Assembly (NCBI GenBank): GCA_964648335.1 | Contig: CAZYLZ010000001.1 | Location: forward strand, 26,667-78,526 | DNA: 51,860 nucleotides | Source of the DNA: an uncultured Candidatus Saccharibacteria bacterium | GTDB lineage: Bacteria > Patescibacteriota > Minisyncoccia > Phycocordibacterales > UBA2100 | Direction: 5' to 3' | In this document: positions 25,339 through 34,534 of the stretch, piece after piece | Layout of the letters: every line of letters begins with the position of its first letter | Position numbering within the stretch: position 1 is the first letter of the stretch | Made by a program: the position numbers and the translations under genes | Notes under the pieces: model-generated | The model's database searches: none | Seen by the model: only the letters and a program-made list of their open reading frames with translations | What the model was told of the DNA's origin: nothing

Positions 25339-26169
25339 ATGGGAAAAATAATAGCTGCAATCGTCGCCGTAGCCTTGCTCGCAGGAGTAGGGGCGTGGTA
25401 CATCACGAGCAGTAAGACACCGTCTGCGTCACAGACTGCTTCCGCTGCGACAACCACGGCACCTGTTGCACCCGTACAGGGCGCTATCGTCATCGGTATT
25501 ACCGATGCAACCGGCGCGATCCAGAACGTGAGCGAGGTATCGATGGGTATATCGAAAGTCGAGATCTACAGCGCAACGCAGGGCTGGATAGCGTTGCCAG
25601 CGAACGCCAACTCGTACGACCTGTTGTCGCTCAAGGCAAAGAATGAGACACGCGTATTCGCTGCGGCTCCCGTGACGCCCGACACATACTCTAAGGTCCG
25701 CGTTTCCTTGGGCGACATCACTGTTGCGACTAAGGCAGGGGCTAAGAAGAAGGCGACTGCTATAACGTCGACCATCGATCTTGAGGCGGGAGTAAAGATA
25801 AACGCGAATGAGGTGACCGCCGTCACACTCGACTTCCTTGCTGACAAATCGCTCCATACGACAGCAAAGAGCGAGTACGTCTTTGTGCCGGTCTTGCAAG
25901 TCACCTCAACGAGTAATGCAATCGGTGGCGTGGATGCGCAGGGTCTTGTTACAGTCACTGGCGGTAACAAGGACTTCGATGCCACGATGGGCACCGATAT
26001 CGACGGCTCGGTCAAGGCAAACTTCGAGCTCGATCAGGCCGCGAAACTCGACGTCGACGCCTCGGGCGCCGTTTCAATCATCGGCGGGATAAAGCCAACG
26101 GGCGGACTCAAGCCGATTGATGCGACGACCACTGGCGCTGGAACAGCAGGTGGAGTCATCAATCTCTAA
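25339..26169 (+). CDS. Membrane-anchored DUF4382-like protein
   Basis: N-terminal anchor. ITDA...V.....I.KVEI......W........YDLL.L pattern of DUF4382. Confidence 0.6.
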   Translation: MGKIIAAIVAVALLAGVGAWYITSSKTPSASQTASAATTTAPVAPVQGAIVIGITDATGAIQNVSEVSMGISKVEIYSATQGWIALPANANSYDLLSLKAKNETRVFAAAPVTPDTYSKVRVSLGDITVATKAGAKKKATAITSTIDLEAGVKINANEVTAVTLDFLADKSLHTTAKSEYVFVPVLQVTSTSNAIGGVDAQGLVTVTGGNKDFDATMGTDIDGSVKANFELDQAAKLDVDASGAVSIIGGIKPTGGLKPIDATTTGAGTAGGVINL

Positions 26170-26176
26170 TTCAAGT

Positions 26177-26211
26177 AAAAAGCGCCGGTCTCTGAGGCCG
26201 GCGTTTTTTTG
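26177..26211 (+). terminator. Rho-independent terminator
   Basis: CGCCGGTC (26183-26190) / GGCCGGCG (26196-26203), loop TCTGA, then T7. Confidence 0.75.
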
Positions 26212-26276
26212 TTTGACAGAGATGCCACACAGGAGCAGAGTGTCTCGGGAAGTACTGCAGGAGAAAGGAATCAACG

Positions 26277-26615
26277 ATGTCCAGTATCGAGGAAGAACGC
26301 GAATATAAACGGTCCGCGCTAGTCCAGACCATCATCACCGATATCGCTCGCGCCGCGAAATCGCCTCGGGACTATCAGGAGTTTTCTGCGTCACTGACGC
26401 GTTCGCTCGTGCAAGATCTCTACCTTCCTATGTTTGCACAGAGTCCGGAGTTTGAACGGCATGTGACCCAGCCGATCTCTCGGTTTTCGGACTGCACGGT
26501 TGAGCAGCGGCTGGTAAAAGCACTGCTCCTCAACAAGCTCTGCGCTGGGCTTGTCGCGGATGTGCATGCCGAATACCTGCGGCACAAGATTGTATCCATG
26601 CAGACCACTGCATGA
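26277..26615 (+). CDS. Hypothetical cytoplasmic protein (112 aa)
   Basis: AGGAGAAAGGAA SD region upstream, with a terminator immediately downstream. Confidence 0.55.
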   Translation: MSSIEEEREYKRSALVQTIITDIARAAKSPRDYQEFSASLTRSLVQDLYLPMFAQSPEFERHVTQPISRFSDCTVEQRLVKALLLNKLCAGLVADVHAEYLRHKIVSMQTTA

Positions 26616-26619
26616 ATGA

Positions 26620-26646
26620 CTCCGGACCCAGTGTCCGGAGTTTTTT
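26620..26646 (+). terminator. Rho-independent terminator
   Basis: CTCCGGAC (26620-26627) / GTCCGGAG (26633-26640), then T6. Confidence 0.8.
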
Positions 26647-26648
26647 GC

Positions 26649-26664
26649 TATACTAGCGGCTATG
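26649..26664 (+). promoter_or_regulatory. -10 box abutting the start codon (candidate leaderless promoter)
   Basis: TATACT (26649-26654), 7 nt, ATG (26662). Confidence 0.5.
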
Positions 26665-27180
26665 GAACTGCTTGCCGTACAACCCTTTCAAGAAACGCTT
26701 CATGTGGGCGCATGTGCTCCCGCAACCCTCAAGATGCTTCTTATGTACTGGGATCTGCCTGGTAAAGAAAAGCGAGATATCGATTTTTTCGAAGCACTCC
26801 ACCATACACCGGAGCTCGGCGTCGATGATGAGACGTTCGTAAACGCACTCCCTAGTTTCGGCCTCGAAGCCGCAGTTAAGGAGTATGCGACCTTTGATGA
26901 TATTAAGGAGTGGCTCGATAAAAAAGTGCCGGTAGTTGTGGATTGGTTTACGCCCGGACGGCTAGACCGAGCCGATGGCGAAATGCCCGACGGACACTAC
27001 TCGATAGTCGTTGGTCTCGACGATACGTACATATACATGCAAGACCCCGAGACGGGAGGGCTGCGGACGATAGTGCGAAAAGATTTTTATCGCGTATGGT
27101 TCGATTTTAAGCGCGAGAGCATAACAAACTGGGATGACATGGTAGTCCGATGGATGGCAGCGGTATACAAGAAAGGATAG
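26662..27180 (+). CDS. Stand-alone peptidase C39-like (papain-fold) cysteine protease domain protein
   Basis: Q..(x)..GACAPATLKML candidate catalytic Cys and DGHYSIVVGLDD candidate His. About 170 aa with no transporter fusion. Confidence 0.55.
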   Translation: MELLAVQPFQETLHVGACAPATLKMLLMYWDLPGKEKRDIDFFEALHHTPELGVDDETFVNALPSFGLEAAVKEYATFDDIKEWLDKKVPVVVDWFTPGRLDRADGEMPDGHYSIVVGLDDTYIYMQDPETGGLRTIVRKDFYRVWFDFKRESITNWDDMVVRWMAAVYKKG

Positions 27181-27207
27181 CGAGCCGAGTCTTCAATAAG
27201 TCTTCAT

Positions 27208-27501
27208 GTGTGGCGTCCATACTGCATCAAGTACATGGATGCCTTTTTGCGGATGGATGTCTTTTTCTTCGTGGCGACCGTGAGTGTTTTCGTGATGACG
27301 ATTGCGGCTTCGCTCATCGCGTACAAGATTTGGAAGATTCTGGGTCATCTCGAGAAGGCGGCGTCCATGCTCGAAATCGAAGCAGATATCGTAAAGAAGG
27401 ATATCGCCCGTTTACGAGAGCGGCTCGGGATGGCTGCGACGATTGTGTTCGGACTCTTTACACGCACTCGCAAGAAAAAGCCAAGGCCTGTCGCCGATTA
27501 G
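27208..27501 (+). CDS. Small membrane protein with a basic C-terminus
   Basis: TM FFFVATVSVFVMTIAASLIAY, then a coiled segment. Start ambiguous (ATG 27208, 27235 or 27253). Confidence 0.45.
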   Translation: MWRPYCIKYMDAFLRMDVFFFVATVSVFVMTIAASLIAYKIWKILGHLEKAASMLEIEADIVKKDIARLRERLGMAATIVFGLFTRTRKKKPRPVAD

Positions 27502-27543
27502 CGAGCGTCGACAGCCGTGAGGTATCCATTAACCGACCCTTTT

Positions 27544-28032
27544 ATGAAGATTCAAGAAACAACTATGAAACAGAACACCAAGATTGAGATCGGCGCGGGA
27601 CTGCTTGCGGGTGCCGCGACCGCTGCAGCGGCTGGCTACTACTATTTCGCGAGCGATGGCGCTACGAAGCATCGCTCGGTCGCCGCACGATGGGCACGCG
27701 AACTCAAGAGCGATGTTGTCAGGCAGGCTCGCAAGATTCAAGACATAGAACAGGCGGACTATCTGGCAATCGTAGACGGTGCAACGCAGATGTACGCACG
27801 TATCCGCGGTCTCGACAAGAACGACCTGAGCCGGGCGGCTGGCGAGCTCAAGGACAATTGGGAATGGCTCCGCGACGAGGTCGCATCGGGAGGAAGTAGG
27901 CTCCTAAAGAAGGGTACCGCGAAGACGCGGTCGTCGAAGAGCTCGAAATCAATACGTACGGTTCGGGGCGCGGTCGTCCGGATTGCGAAGAAAGCAAAAA
28001 AGCAGGTTCGGGGCAAGAAAGGGTCTCGCTGA
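27544..28032 (+). CDS. YtxH-like hypothetical protein with a Lys/Arg-rich tail
   Basis: Gly/Ala-rich hydrophobic N-terminal helix then amphipathic helices. Start ambiguous (GTG 27517, ATG 27544 or 27565). Confidence 0.5.
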   Translation: MKIQETTMKQNTKIEIGAGLLAGAATAAAAGYYYFASDGATKHRSVAARWARELKSDVVRQARKIQDIEQADYLAIVDGATQMYARIRGLDKNDLSRAAGELKDNWEWLRDEVASGGSRLLKKGTAKTRSSKSSKSIRTVRGAVVRIAKKAKKQVRGKKGSR

Positions 28033-28084
28033 GGTTACGACATGCAAATGAGGGCTCACAATATGGGCTTCCGGCTGTTTGCGG

Positions 28085-28099
28085 TATAGTTCCTTGATG
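28085..28099 (+). promoter_or_regulatory. -10 box abutting the start codon (candidate leaderless promoter)
   Basis: TATAGT (28085-28090), 6 nt, ATG (28097). Confidence 0.5.
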
Positions 28100-29704
28100 A
28101 AGCAAGAGGAAGCGCTCACTATTCTCAAGACCGGAGCAAATGTCTTTCTTACCGGCGAGGCGGGGTCGGGCAAATCACACACGGTCAACCGGTTCACGGC
28201 ATACCTCCGTTCGCATTCGATCGAACCGTCTATAACCGCGTCTACCGGCATCGCGGCAACGCACATCGGCGGCATGACGATACACAGCTGGAGCGGCGTC
28301 GGCATCAAGAAGTACCTCAACGAGTTTGATCTCGAGGTACTGAGCCAGAAGGAGCATTTGGTAAAGCGAATCAGCGACGCAAAAGTGCTCGTCATCGACG
28401 AGATATCGATGCTCGACGGGCAGGTGCTCTCGATGGTCGAGCTCATCTGTCGTACCATTCGTCGGGCCAACGAGCCGTTCGGCGGCTTGCAGGTGGTGTT
28501 CGTCGGCGATTTCTTCCAGCTACCGCCTATCTCGCGCGCAGGAGAGGAACTCTCGCAATTCTGCTTCGAATCGGCCGCATGGAAGCGCGCCAACCCTATC
28601 GTTTGTTACCTTTCAGAGCAGCATCGCCAAGAGGACACGACATTCTTGTCGGTACTAACTGCTATCCGCCGCGGCGAGATGGAAGAAGATCTGCTCGCGC
28701 ACCTCACTTCTCGCAGAGTGGATGTCTACGACGAAGAGACCGATGCGACCAAGCTCTATACGCACAATCTCGATGTCGACCGCATCAATCTCGAAGAGCT
28801 GCGCAAGCTCCACGGAAAGCCGCATACCTTTAGCATGCGCCACCAAGGCGGGTCGGCACTTGTCGATGGCCTCAAGCGCGGCTGCTTGTCGCCAGAGGAG
28901 CTCGAGCTCAAGGAGGGAGCTAAGGTACTGTTCACCAAGAACAATTTCGAAGCGGGGTACGTTAACGGGACGCTCGGCGTCATCGACAGTTTTGATAAAG
29001 ATTCGGGATACCCTGTTGTCGAGACGCGAAGCGGAGAGAAGATCACGGCGGTGCCTATGGATTGGACGGTAGAAGACGGAGGAAAGGTGTTGGCCAAGAT
29101 TTCGCAGGTGCCGCTGCGCCTTGCCTGGGCCATCACCGTCCATAAGAGTCAGGGCATGAGCATGGATGAGGCGGTTATCGATCTCTCTCGAGCGTTTGAG
29201 TATGGTCAGGGATATGTCGCACTCTCGCGCGTACGAACACTCGCCGGACTCGTCCTCTTGGGGCTCAACGCCCGCGCGCTCGAGGTTCACCCGCATGTGG
29301 CGACGCACGACGAGATACTGCGCGCGACATCCGAAGAAGCGGCACGCGCCTTCGAGTCGATGAGCGCCGAAGAATTGGCGAGACTCCATGCCAACTTCAT
29401 TCGGTCTATGGGTGGCACGCTCGAAGCAAAAACCTCTAAAAACCAAAAGACGGTCGCTGTTGAGAGACCGACGAAAGTAGGTAACCCCGCCTGGCAGGCC
29501 AAGCTCGAGAAGCTCCGCGAAAAGCATCCCAACGCCTACCGGCCGTGGAAGAAAGAGGATGACGAGAAACTTCGTGAGGAGTTCTCTCGGAGCGAAAATA
29601 TGAAGGATCTGAGTCGCGCAATGGGCAGACAGCCTGGCTCGATACATGCACGGCTCGTAAAGCTGGGTCTGGTCGAAGATGATGGCATGTCGGTCGTGGA
29701 ATAG
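28097..29704 (+). CDS. Pif1/RecD-family SF1B DNA helicase with a C-terminal helix-turn-helix-like tail
   Basis: Walker A GEAGSGKSH, Walker B VLVIDEISML, GDFFQLPP, and late motif TVHKSQGMS...YVALSRV. Confidence 0.85.
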   Translation: MKQEEALTILKTGANVFLTGEAGSGKSHTVNRFTAYLRSHSIEPSITASTGIAATHIGGMTIHSWSGVGIKKYLNEFDLEVLSQKEHLVKRISDAKVLVIDEISMLDGQVLSMVELICRTIRRANEPFGGLQVVFVGDFFQLPPISRAGEELSQFCFESAAWKRANPIVCYLSEQHRQEDTTFLSVLTAIRRGEMEEDLLAHLTSRRVDVYDEETDATKLYTHNLDVDRINLEELRKLHGKPHTFSMRHQGGSALVDGLKRGCLSPEELELKEGAKVLFTKNNFEAGYVNGTLGVIDSFDKDSGYPVVETRSGEKITAVPMDWTVEDGGKVLAKISQVPLRLAWAITVHKSQGMSMDEAVIDLSRAFEYGQGYVALSRVRTLAGLVLLGLNARALEVHPHVATHDEILRATSEEAARAFESMSAEELARLHANFIRSMGGTLEAKTSKNQKTVAVERPTKVGNPAWQAKLEKLREKHPNAYRPWKKEDDEKLREEFSRSENMKDLSRAMGRQPGSIHARLVKLGLVEDDGMSVVE

Positions 29705-29792
29705 TACTGTACACAGTCTCGTGTACGCACGCGACGGTACGGGACTATACTTATCGAAAGGTCGAGCTAGAATCGTTAACTCAAACATCAAC

Positions 29793-29996
29793 ATGAAAGC
29801 ACTGCACATGGTCGCGTTCATCCTCGTCATCGTAGGAGCACTCAATTGGCTCTTAGTCGGGGTACTCGGATGGGATATCGGTATGCTCTTCGGTGGGATG
29901 GATGCCGTGCTCTCGCGGCTTGTCTACGTACTCGTTGGACTTTCGGGAATTTACATCGCAGTGACGCACAAGAAAGACTGCAAGACCTGCATGTAG
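29793..29996 (+). CDS. DUF378 small membrane protein
   Basis: VGALNWLLVG...D....FGG pattern. Two TM helices, 67 aa. Confidence 0.7.
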   Translation: MKALHMVAFILVIVGALNWLLVGVLGWDIGMLFGGMDAVLSRLVYVLVGLSGIYIAVTHKKDCKTCM

Positions 29997-30012
29997 GTTA
30001 GTTTCTCTCGGT

Positions 30013-30048
30013 GACAACAAAACGCCCCTGTCGGGGCGTTTTGTTGTC
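30013..30048 (+). terminator. Rho-independent terminator (16-bp stem)
   Basis: GACAACAAAACGCCCC (30013-30028) / GGGGCGTTTTGTTGTC (30033-30048). Confidence 0.8.
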
Positions 30049-30085
30049 ACCCCTTTAAACATTGAATAGTCATGCGAGTTGGGTG

Positions 30086-30099
30086 TACTATGGCTCATG
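30086..30099 (+). promoter_or_regulatory. -10 box abutting the start codon (candidate leaderless promoter)
   Basis: TACTAT (30086-30091), 5 nt, ATG (30097). Confidence 0.4.
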
Positions 30100-30927
30100 C
30101 CTAGCCTGTTTCAGTTTCCGATAATCCAGACACAACACATCACACTCACTATCGCCTCTGTGGGCATATTCTTGGCGGTATTTCTGTGCGCTGGCGGCGT
30201 CTATTATGCCCTCAAGGTGCTCGTCGCCGTACAGACCAAGCGCGGGATCCTGCGCCGCGAGCAGGGAGTGACGCTCTTGCAGCTGGCGGCATATGTGCTC
30301 TTCGTGGCCGCGATACTTATTGCACTGCAGACCTCCGGCATTTCGCTTACCTACCTGTTCGTGGGTTCAGCGGCACTGTTGGTCGGACTCGGCTTCGGCC
30401 TGCAACAGCTATTCCTTGACCTCGTTTCGGGCGTGATACTCCTTCTTGATCGCAACATCAATCTTGGTGATGTTATAAAGACAGCAGAGTTTTCTGGTCG
30501 CATTAACCGAATTGGTATCCGCACCACTCAGCTCGTTACGATCGACAATGTGCTGATCGTCATTCCTAACTCTAAATTCATGACGACGGTACTCAATGAC
30601 CTAGCATCTAACCGCGGAGTCGCACGATTCCGCATCACCGCAACCGTCGGCTATGACTGTCCGGTCGAGAAGGTGCGCGAACTCCTCATGACCGCAGCGC
30701 TTGCCTGCGAAAAGGTAGAGCGCACACCTGAACCGACCGTTATCATCAAGGACTTCGGCGAGAACGGATACACCTTTGAGCTGCGTTTCTGGCTGCGTGA
30801 GCTGTTTCAGACCGAGAACATCCTCTCGGACGTCCGCTACATAATCACCGATCGCTTCGCTCAGGCGAATGTTCATTTTGCCTATCCGCAGCGTGTCCTT
30901 CATACCAAAAACGCCCGTATCGTATAA
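30097..30927 (+). CDS. Small-conductance mechanosensitive channel (MscS family)
   Basis: Three N-terminal TMs, then LGDVIK....G.I..IG.R.T.......V.IPNS beta-domain signature. Confidence 0.8.
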   Translation: MPSLFQFPIIQTQHITLTIASVGIFLAVFLCAGGVYYALKVLVAVQTKRGILRREQGVTLLQLAAYVLFVAAILIALQTSGISLTYLFVGSAALLVGLGFGLQQLFLDLVSGVILLLDRNINLGDVIKTAEFSGRINRIGIRTTQLVTIDNVLIVIPNSKFMTTVLNDLASNRGVARFRITATVGYDCPVEKVRELLMTAALACEKVERTPEPTVIIKDFGENGYTFELRFWLRELFQTENILSDVRYIITDRFAQANVHFAYPQRVLHTKNARIV

Positions 30928-30952
30928 AAACGCCCCGCAGCATGCGGGGCGT
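30926..30952. terminator. Bidirectional terminator between convergent genes
   Basis: ACGCCCCGC (30930-30938) / GCGGGGCGT (30944-30952). The A5 upstream gives a T-run on the minus strand. Confidence 0.65.
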
Positions 30953-30995
30953 ATTCGATTGCGCGGGTCAAAAGTGAGGCAGCGATGAGTGATCG

Positions 30996-31310
30996 TCAGG
31001 ACCACGAAACTTCTAATGCTAAAAACTTTTCGTGCCCGCTTCCGTTGACCCATGCGCCTTCCTTCGAATTGATGTCGCTGCACGTATAAGAGATCGATTC
31101 GAGGGCCTCCTTGACGCGCCTGGCTTTTTCGAATTCTTGTGCGCTTGCAAACACGATCGTCACGGACTTCTCACTCTTCATCTTAGCCGACTCGATTCGC
31201 GAAAAAGCTTCGTTGATCTCGGATTCGTAATCCGACACTCGTTTATCGTATGCAGCCAAATCTTCCGAACGTACGCGCTGCAATGCGAGCTTGCGTGCTG
31301 TGCTGATCAT
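30996..31310 (-). CDS. Hypothetical protein (104 aa)
   Basis: AGGAG SD 6 nt upstream of ATG 31310. Helical, charged. Terminator downstream. Confidence 0.55.
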   Translation of the reverse strand: MISTARKLALQRVRSEDLAAYDKRVSDYESEINEAFSRIESAKMKSEKSVTIVFASAQEFEKARRVKEALESISYTCSDINSKEGAWVNGSGHEKFLALEVSWS

Positions 31311-31405
31311 GGCTTGCTCCTGTGGCTGGGTTTGTGGCACGTATCTTAAGTGCTGGCGACAGTTAATCACGAAACGATGCGCGATGATAGTCAGGTAGAG
31401 ATACT

Positions 31406-31434
31406 TTGACTAATCGACCGATTTCCTGTATTGT
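31406..31434 (+). promoter_or_regulatory. Sigma70-type promoter of typA
   Basis: TTGACT (31406-31411), 17 nt, TATTGT (31429-31434). Confidence 0.55.
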
Positions 31435-31465
31435 ATCCACGCCCGTTCGGGCTTTTTATTTTCTT

Positions 31466-33265
31466 ATGGAAATTCGCAACATCGCAATTATCGCGCACGT
31501 TGACCACGGTAAGACTACTCTTACCGATGCTTTGATGCGCCAGACCGGAATGGTCGAGGAGGGAGTCTCGATGGACTCAAACGCGCTCGAGCAGGAGCGC
31601 GGCATCACTATTTATGCCAAAAACACCTCTACGTTCTACAAAGACACCAAGATCAACATCGTCGACACCCCAGGCCACGCCGACTTCGGATCCGAGGTCG
31701 AGCGCGTCTTGCGTTCGATAGACTCGGTCTTGCTGGTTGTCGACGCCCAGGAGGGTCCGATGCCGCAGACCCGCTTCGTGCTCAAGAAGTCGCTAGAACT
31801 AGGATTGAAGCCGATCGTCGTCATAAACAAGATCGACAAGCCGGCAGCAGACCCTGCAAAATGTGAAGAGCAGGTCTTGGAGCTTTTCTTGGAGCTCGGA
31901 GCCTCGGACGAGCAGGCCGATTTTCCTATCGTCTATGCAATAGGCCGCCAGGGAATCGCCAAGCGCAAGCTTACCGACGACTCCAAAGACCTCATGCCGC
32001 TTCTCGACGTCATTCTCGAGAAGGTTCCCAACGCCGCTACCGGTGCAGCAGACGCGCCTCTCAAACTCCAGCCGTTCAACCTCGGGTACGACAACTTCTT
32101 GGGCCGCATGGCCGTTGGACGCATCTACGAAGGGACTATCAAGCCCGGACAGAGCGTTTTCGTAAAGAAGCCCAGTGGCGATACACGCCAAGGCAAGATC
32201 ATAAAAGTATTCTCGTTCAAAGGTACGCAGAAAGTCGAGGTAGAGAGCGCGTCGTCGGGAGACATCGTCATGGTCGCAGGGCTACCAGACATCTACATCG
32301 GCGAGACCATCACCTCATCTGCCGACGTGGCGCCATTGCCGGCGATCGCTATCGACGAACCGACCATCTCGCTCAATTTCCTCGTTAACAACTCACCGTT
32401 TGCCGGACGCGAAGGGAAGTTCGTGACCTCACGCCAGCTGCGCGAGCGTCTCGAGCGCGAACTCGAGATCAACGTCGGACTCAAGGTCGACTTTGAGCCC
32501 GAGGGCGGCGGAGGAAACCAGTTCAAGGTCTATGGCCGTGGTGAGCTTCACATTTCTATATTGCTCGAGAACATGCGCCGCGAAGGATACGAGATGCAGG
32601 TCTCGCAGCCGCAGGTGATTATTCACGAAGAAAACGGGGTCAAGACCGAGCCGTTCGAGGAAATCATCGTCGATACACCGGGCGAGTACCAGGGCGCGAT
32701 CATTGAGCGTTTGGGATTGCGTGGAGCGGTACTACAAAACTTGGTACCGAGCCATGATGGAACCTCGGTGCGTCTTACCTTCGAGGGACCTACACGCGGC
32801 CTCTTAGGCTACCGCAACCAGTTCGTGGTCGACACGAAAGGCGAGGGCATCATGTCGTCGCGCTTCATTGCATTCAAGAAGTTTACCGGCGAGATACGCA
32901 AGCGTGCGTCCGGCGCGATGGTCTCTATGGCCAACGGCAAGACAACGGGCTTCTCACTCTGGAACCTTCAGGACCGCGGACAGATCTATATCGGCCCTGC
33001 TGTCGAGATCTACGAGGGTATGGTCATTGGTAACACAAGTAAGGGCGAAGAGATGCCGGTTAACCCAACCAAGGGCAAGCAGCTCACCAACGTCCGTTCT
33101 TCGGGCAACGACGACGCTATTACGTTGGTACCAGCATACGAGCTCTCGATTGAGCGCGGACTCGAGGTCATGATGGAAGACGAATACCTCGAGATCACGC
33201 CGCTTTCGGTCCGCTTGCGCAAGCAGCACCTCACCGAGACCGAGCGCGCCCGCGCAAAGCGATAA
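31466..33265 (+). CDS. typA: Translational GTPase TypA/BipA
   Basis: [18 protein letters not shown]1, DTPGHADF G3, NKID G4. Full EF-G-like architecture with the BipA C-terminal domain. Confidence 0.95.
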   Translation: MEIRNIAIIAHVDHGKTTLTDALMRQTGMVEEGVSMDSNALEQERGITIYAKNTSTFYKDTKINIVDTPGHADFGSEVERVLRSIDSVLLVVDAQEGPMPQTRFVLKKSLELGLKPIVVINKIDKPAADPAKCEEQVLELFLELGASDEQADFPIVYAIGRQGIAKRKLTDDSKDLMPLLDVILEKVPNAATGAADAPLKLQPFNLGYDNFLGRMAVGRIYEGTIKPGQSVFVKKPSGDTRQGKIIKVFSFKGTQKVEVESASSGDIVMVAGLPDIYIGETITSSADVAPLPAIAIDEPTISLNFLVNNSPFAGREGKFVTSRQLRERLERELEINVGLKVDFEPEGGGGNQFKVYGRGELHISILLENMRREGYEMQVSQPQVIIHEENGVKTEPFEEIIVDTPGEYQGAIIERLGLRGAVLQNLVPSHDGTSVRLTFEGPTRGLLGYRNQFVVDTKGEGIMSSRFIAFKKFTGEIRKRASGAMVSMANGKTTGFSLWNLQDRGQIYIGPAVEIYEGMVIGNTSKGEEMPVNPTKGKQLTNVRSSGNDDAITLVPAYELSIERGLEVMMEDEYLEITPLSVRLRKQHLTETERARAKR

Positions 33266-33295
33266 TTAAAGGAGTCTTTTGTATTGTGCAGTCCC

Positions 33296-33414
33296 CCTCT
33301 TTTTAAGAGGATTTGAAACTATGGCCATTCAGTTTCAAAAGGTGGAGTTGGTTTTGTATTTGAATTCAAAACCAACCAACTCCTTTGCCCGCCTTCCTCT
33401 TAGAAAGAGGAAGG
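33296..33414. other. Cluster of four consecutive stem-loops (possible sRNA or structured intergenic element)
   Basis: A: CCTCTT/AAGAGG (33296-33310). B: TTTGAAACT/AGTTTCAAA (33312-33339). C: GGAGTTGGTTTTG/CAAAACCAACCAACTCC (33344-33383). D: CCTTCCTCT/AGAGGAAGG (33392-33414). Confidence 0.5.
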
Positions 33415-33417
33415 GGC

Positions 33418-33432
33418 TATAATGCACCTATG
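33418..33432 (+). promoter_or_regulatory. -10 box abutting the start codon (candidate leaderless promoter)
   Basis: TATAAT (33418-33423), 6 nt, ATG (33430). Confidence 0.55.
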
Positions 33433-33846
33433 ATGCTTGTTGCACGGTATGGGAAATCCCTCGTACTTATTTTTGTAGTGTCCTTTTTTCTTAACCTTAT
33501 CTGGGAAAACGCACACGTCTTTTTGTACGACAACTATAAAAACGGCCCGATAACCGAGTCCATCCTTTTGCACGCAACTCTTATGGATGCAATTTTTATA
33601 ACGCCCATGGCGCTCTGTATCTATCTCGTGCCGCCGCTAAAGTCGCGAACGTGGGTCATTATTCCGGCAGGCATTTTCGTTGCTATTGGAATCGAGTGGT
33701 GGGCGCTTGGGAGTGGTCGATGGGCATACAATGCGCTTATGCCCGTGCTTCCAGTACTTGGTACCGGTCTCACACCGACGATCCAGCTCGGACTGCTTGG
33801 ATACGTATCGATGTTGCTCGCTGAGAAGATAAACAAAAAAGCCTGA
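33430..33846 (+). CDS. Integral membrane protein, unknown function
   Basis: Four hydrophobic spans. The start is set by -10 spacing. Terminator downstream. Confidence 0.6.
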   Translation: MMLVARYGKSLVLIFVVSFFLNLIWENAHVFLYDNYKNGPITESILLHATLMDAIFITPMALCIYLVPPLKSRTWVIIPAGIFVAIGIEWWALGSGRWAYNALMPVLPVLGTGLTPTIQLGLLGYVSMLLAEKINKKA

Positions 33847-33865
33847 CATCCGTCAGGCTTTTTTG
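33834..33865. terminator. Bidirectional terminator
   Basis: GCCTGAC (33841-33847) / GTCAGGC (33852-33858), flanked by A6 and T6. Confidence 0.75.
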
Positions 33866-33877
33866 TAATTCGAAGGG

Positions 33878-34534
33878 TTATTTTGCGAGTTCTGCGTCAA
33901 TCTTTGCCTTGAGCGATGCGACGTTGATGTCGGCGTTCAAGACCTCGTTCGAGTTTATGAAGATAGTCGGCGTGTGGTTGAGGGCAAGTCCTGCAGCGGC
34001 TTGTGCATCGTCGTCGACGAGCTTTGCGTACGTATGCTCCTTGAGTGCCTTCTCGAAGGTGGGAAGCTCGAGTCCTATCGTCGTTGCGAATTCTTTGAAC
34101 TTTGGAAGCGGATCTGCTACTTCTGCCCACTCGGCCTGGTGCGTGTAGAGCTGGTCGAACATCGGCCAGAACTTGTCCTGTGCACCTGCCGCCTCTACCG
34201 CCTCTGCTGCAATACGAGCGTTCTGATGCTGCGGGAGCGGGAAGTGCCTAAAGACGAGGGCGACATCGGTGTTGGTGGCGTAGCTTGCCATAACCTGCTT
34301 CAAAATCGGGTATGCCTGTCCACAAGCCGGGCACTGGAAGTCGCCGAACTCGACGATCTTAACTTTAGCAGTGACAGATCCTTCGGTATGGCTGTTGGCG
34401 GCCACAAGGGTCGTCATGTCGACGACCTTAGCTGGAGTTGCTGCGCCTGACCCTCCGGCCATGTACACCATTACTCCGAAGGCGGCGGCAAAGAGGATGA
34501 AGAGTCCAGCGATGATAGTTGTTTCTCGGGTCAT
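33878..34534 (-). CDS. DsbA-family thiol:disulfide oxidoreductase, membrane anchored
   Basis: Thioredoxin-fold CPAC active site (FGDFQCPACGQ). N-terminal anchor. ATGA overlap with the dsbB-like gene. Confidence 0.8.
   Translation of the reverse strand: MTRETTIIAGLFILFAAAFGVMVYMAGGSGAATPAKVVDMTTLVAANSHTEGSVTAKVKIVEFGDFQCPACGQAYPILKQVMASYATNTDVALVFRHFPLPQHQNARIAAEAVEAAGAQDKFWPMFDQLYTHQAEWAEVADPLPKFKEFATTIGLELPTFEKALKEHTYAKLVDDDAQAAAGLALNHTPTIFINSNEVLNADINVASLKAKIDAELAK

Noticed and set aside
28655-29845. 396-aa minus-strand ORF
   Set aside because: It is antisense to the Pif1-like helicase, whose SF1B motifs establish the coding strand.
31435-31465. Hairpin plus T-run (GCCCG-TTC-GGGC-TTTTTATTTT) in the short typA leader as a transcription attenuator
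   Set aside because: The stem is only 4-5 bp, no alternative antiterminator is visible, and the T-rich tract may simply be an unstructured ribosome landing site.
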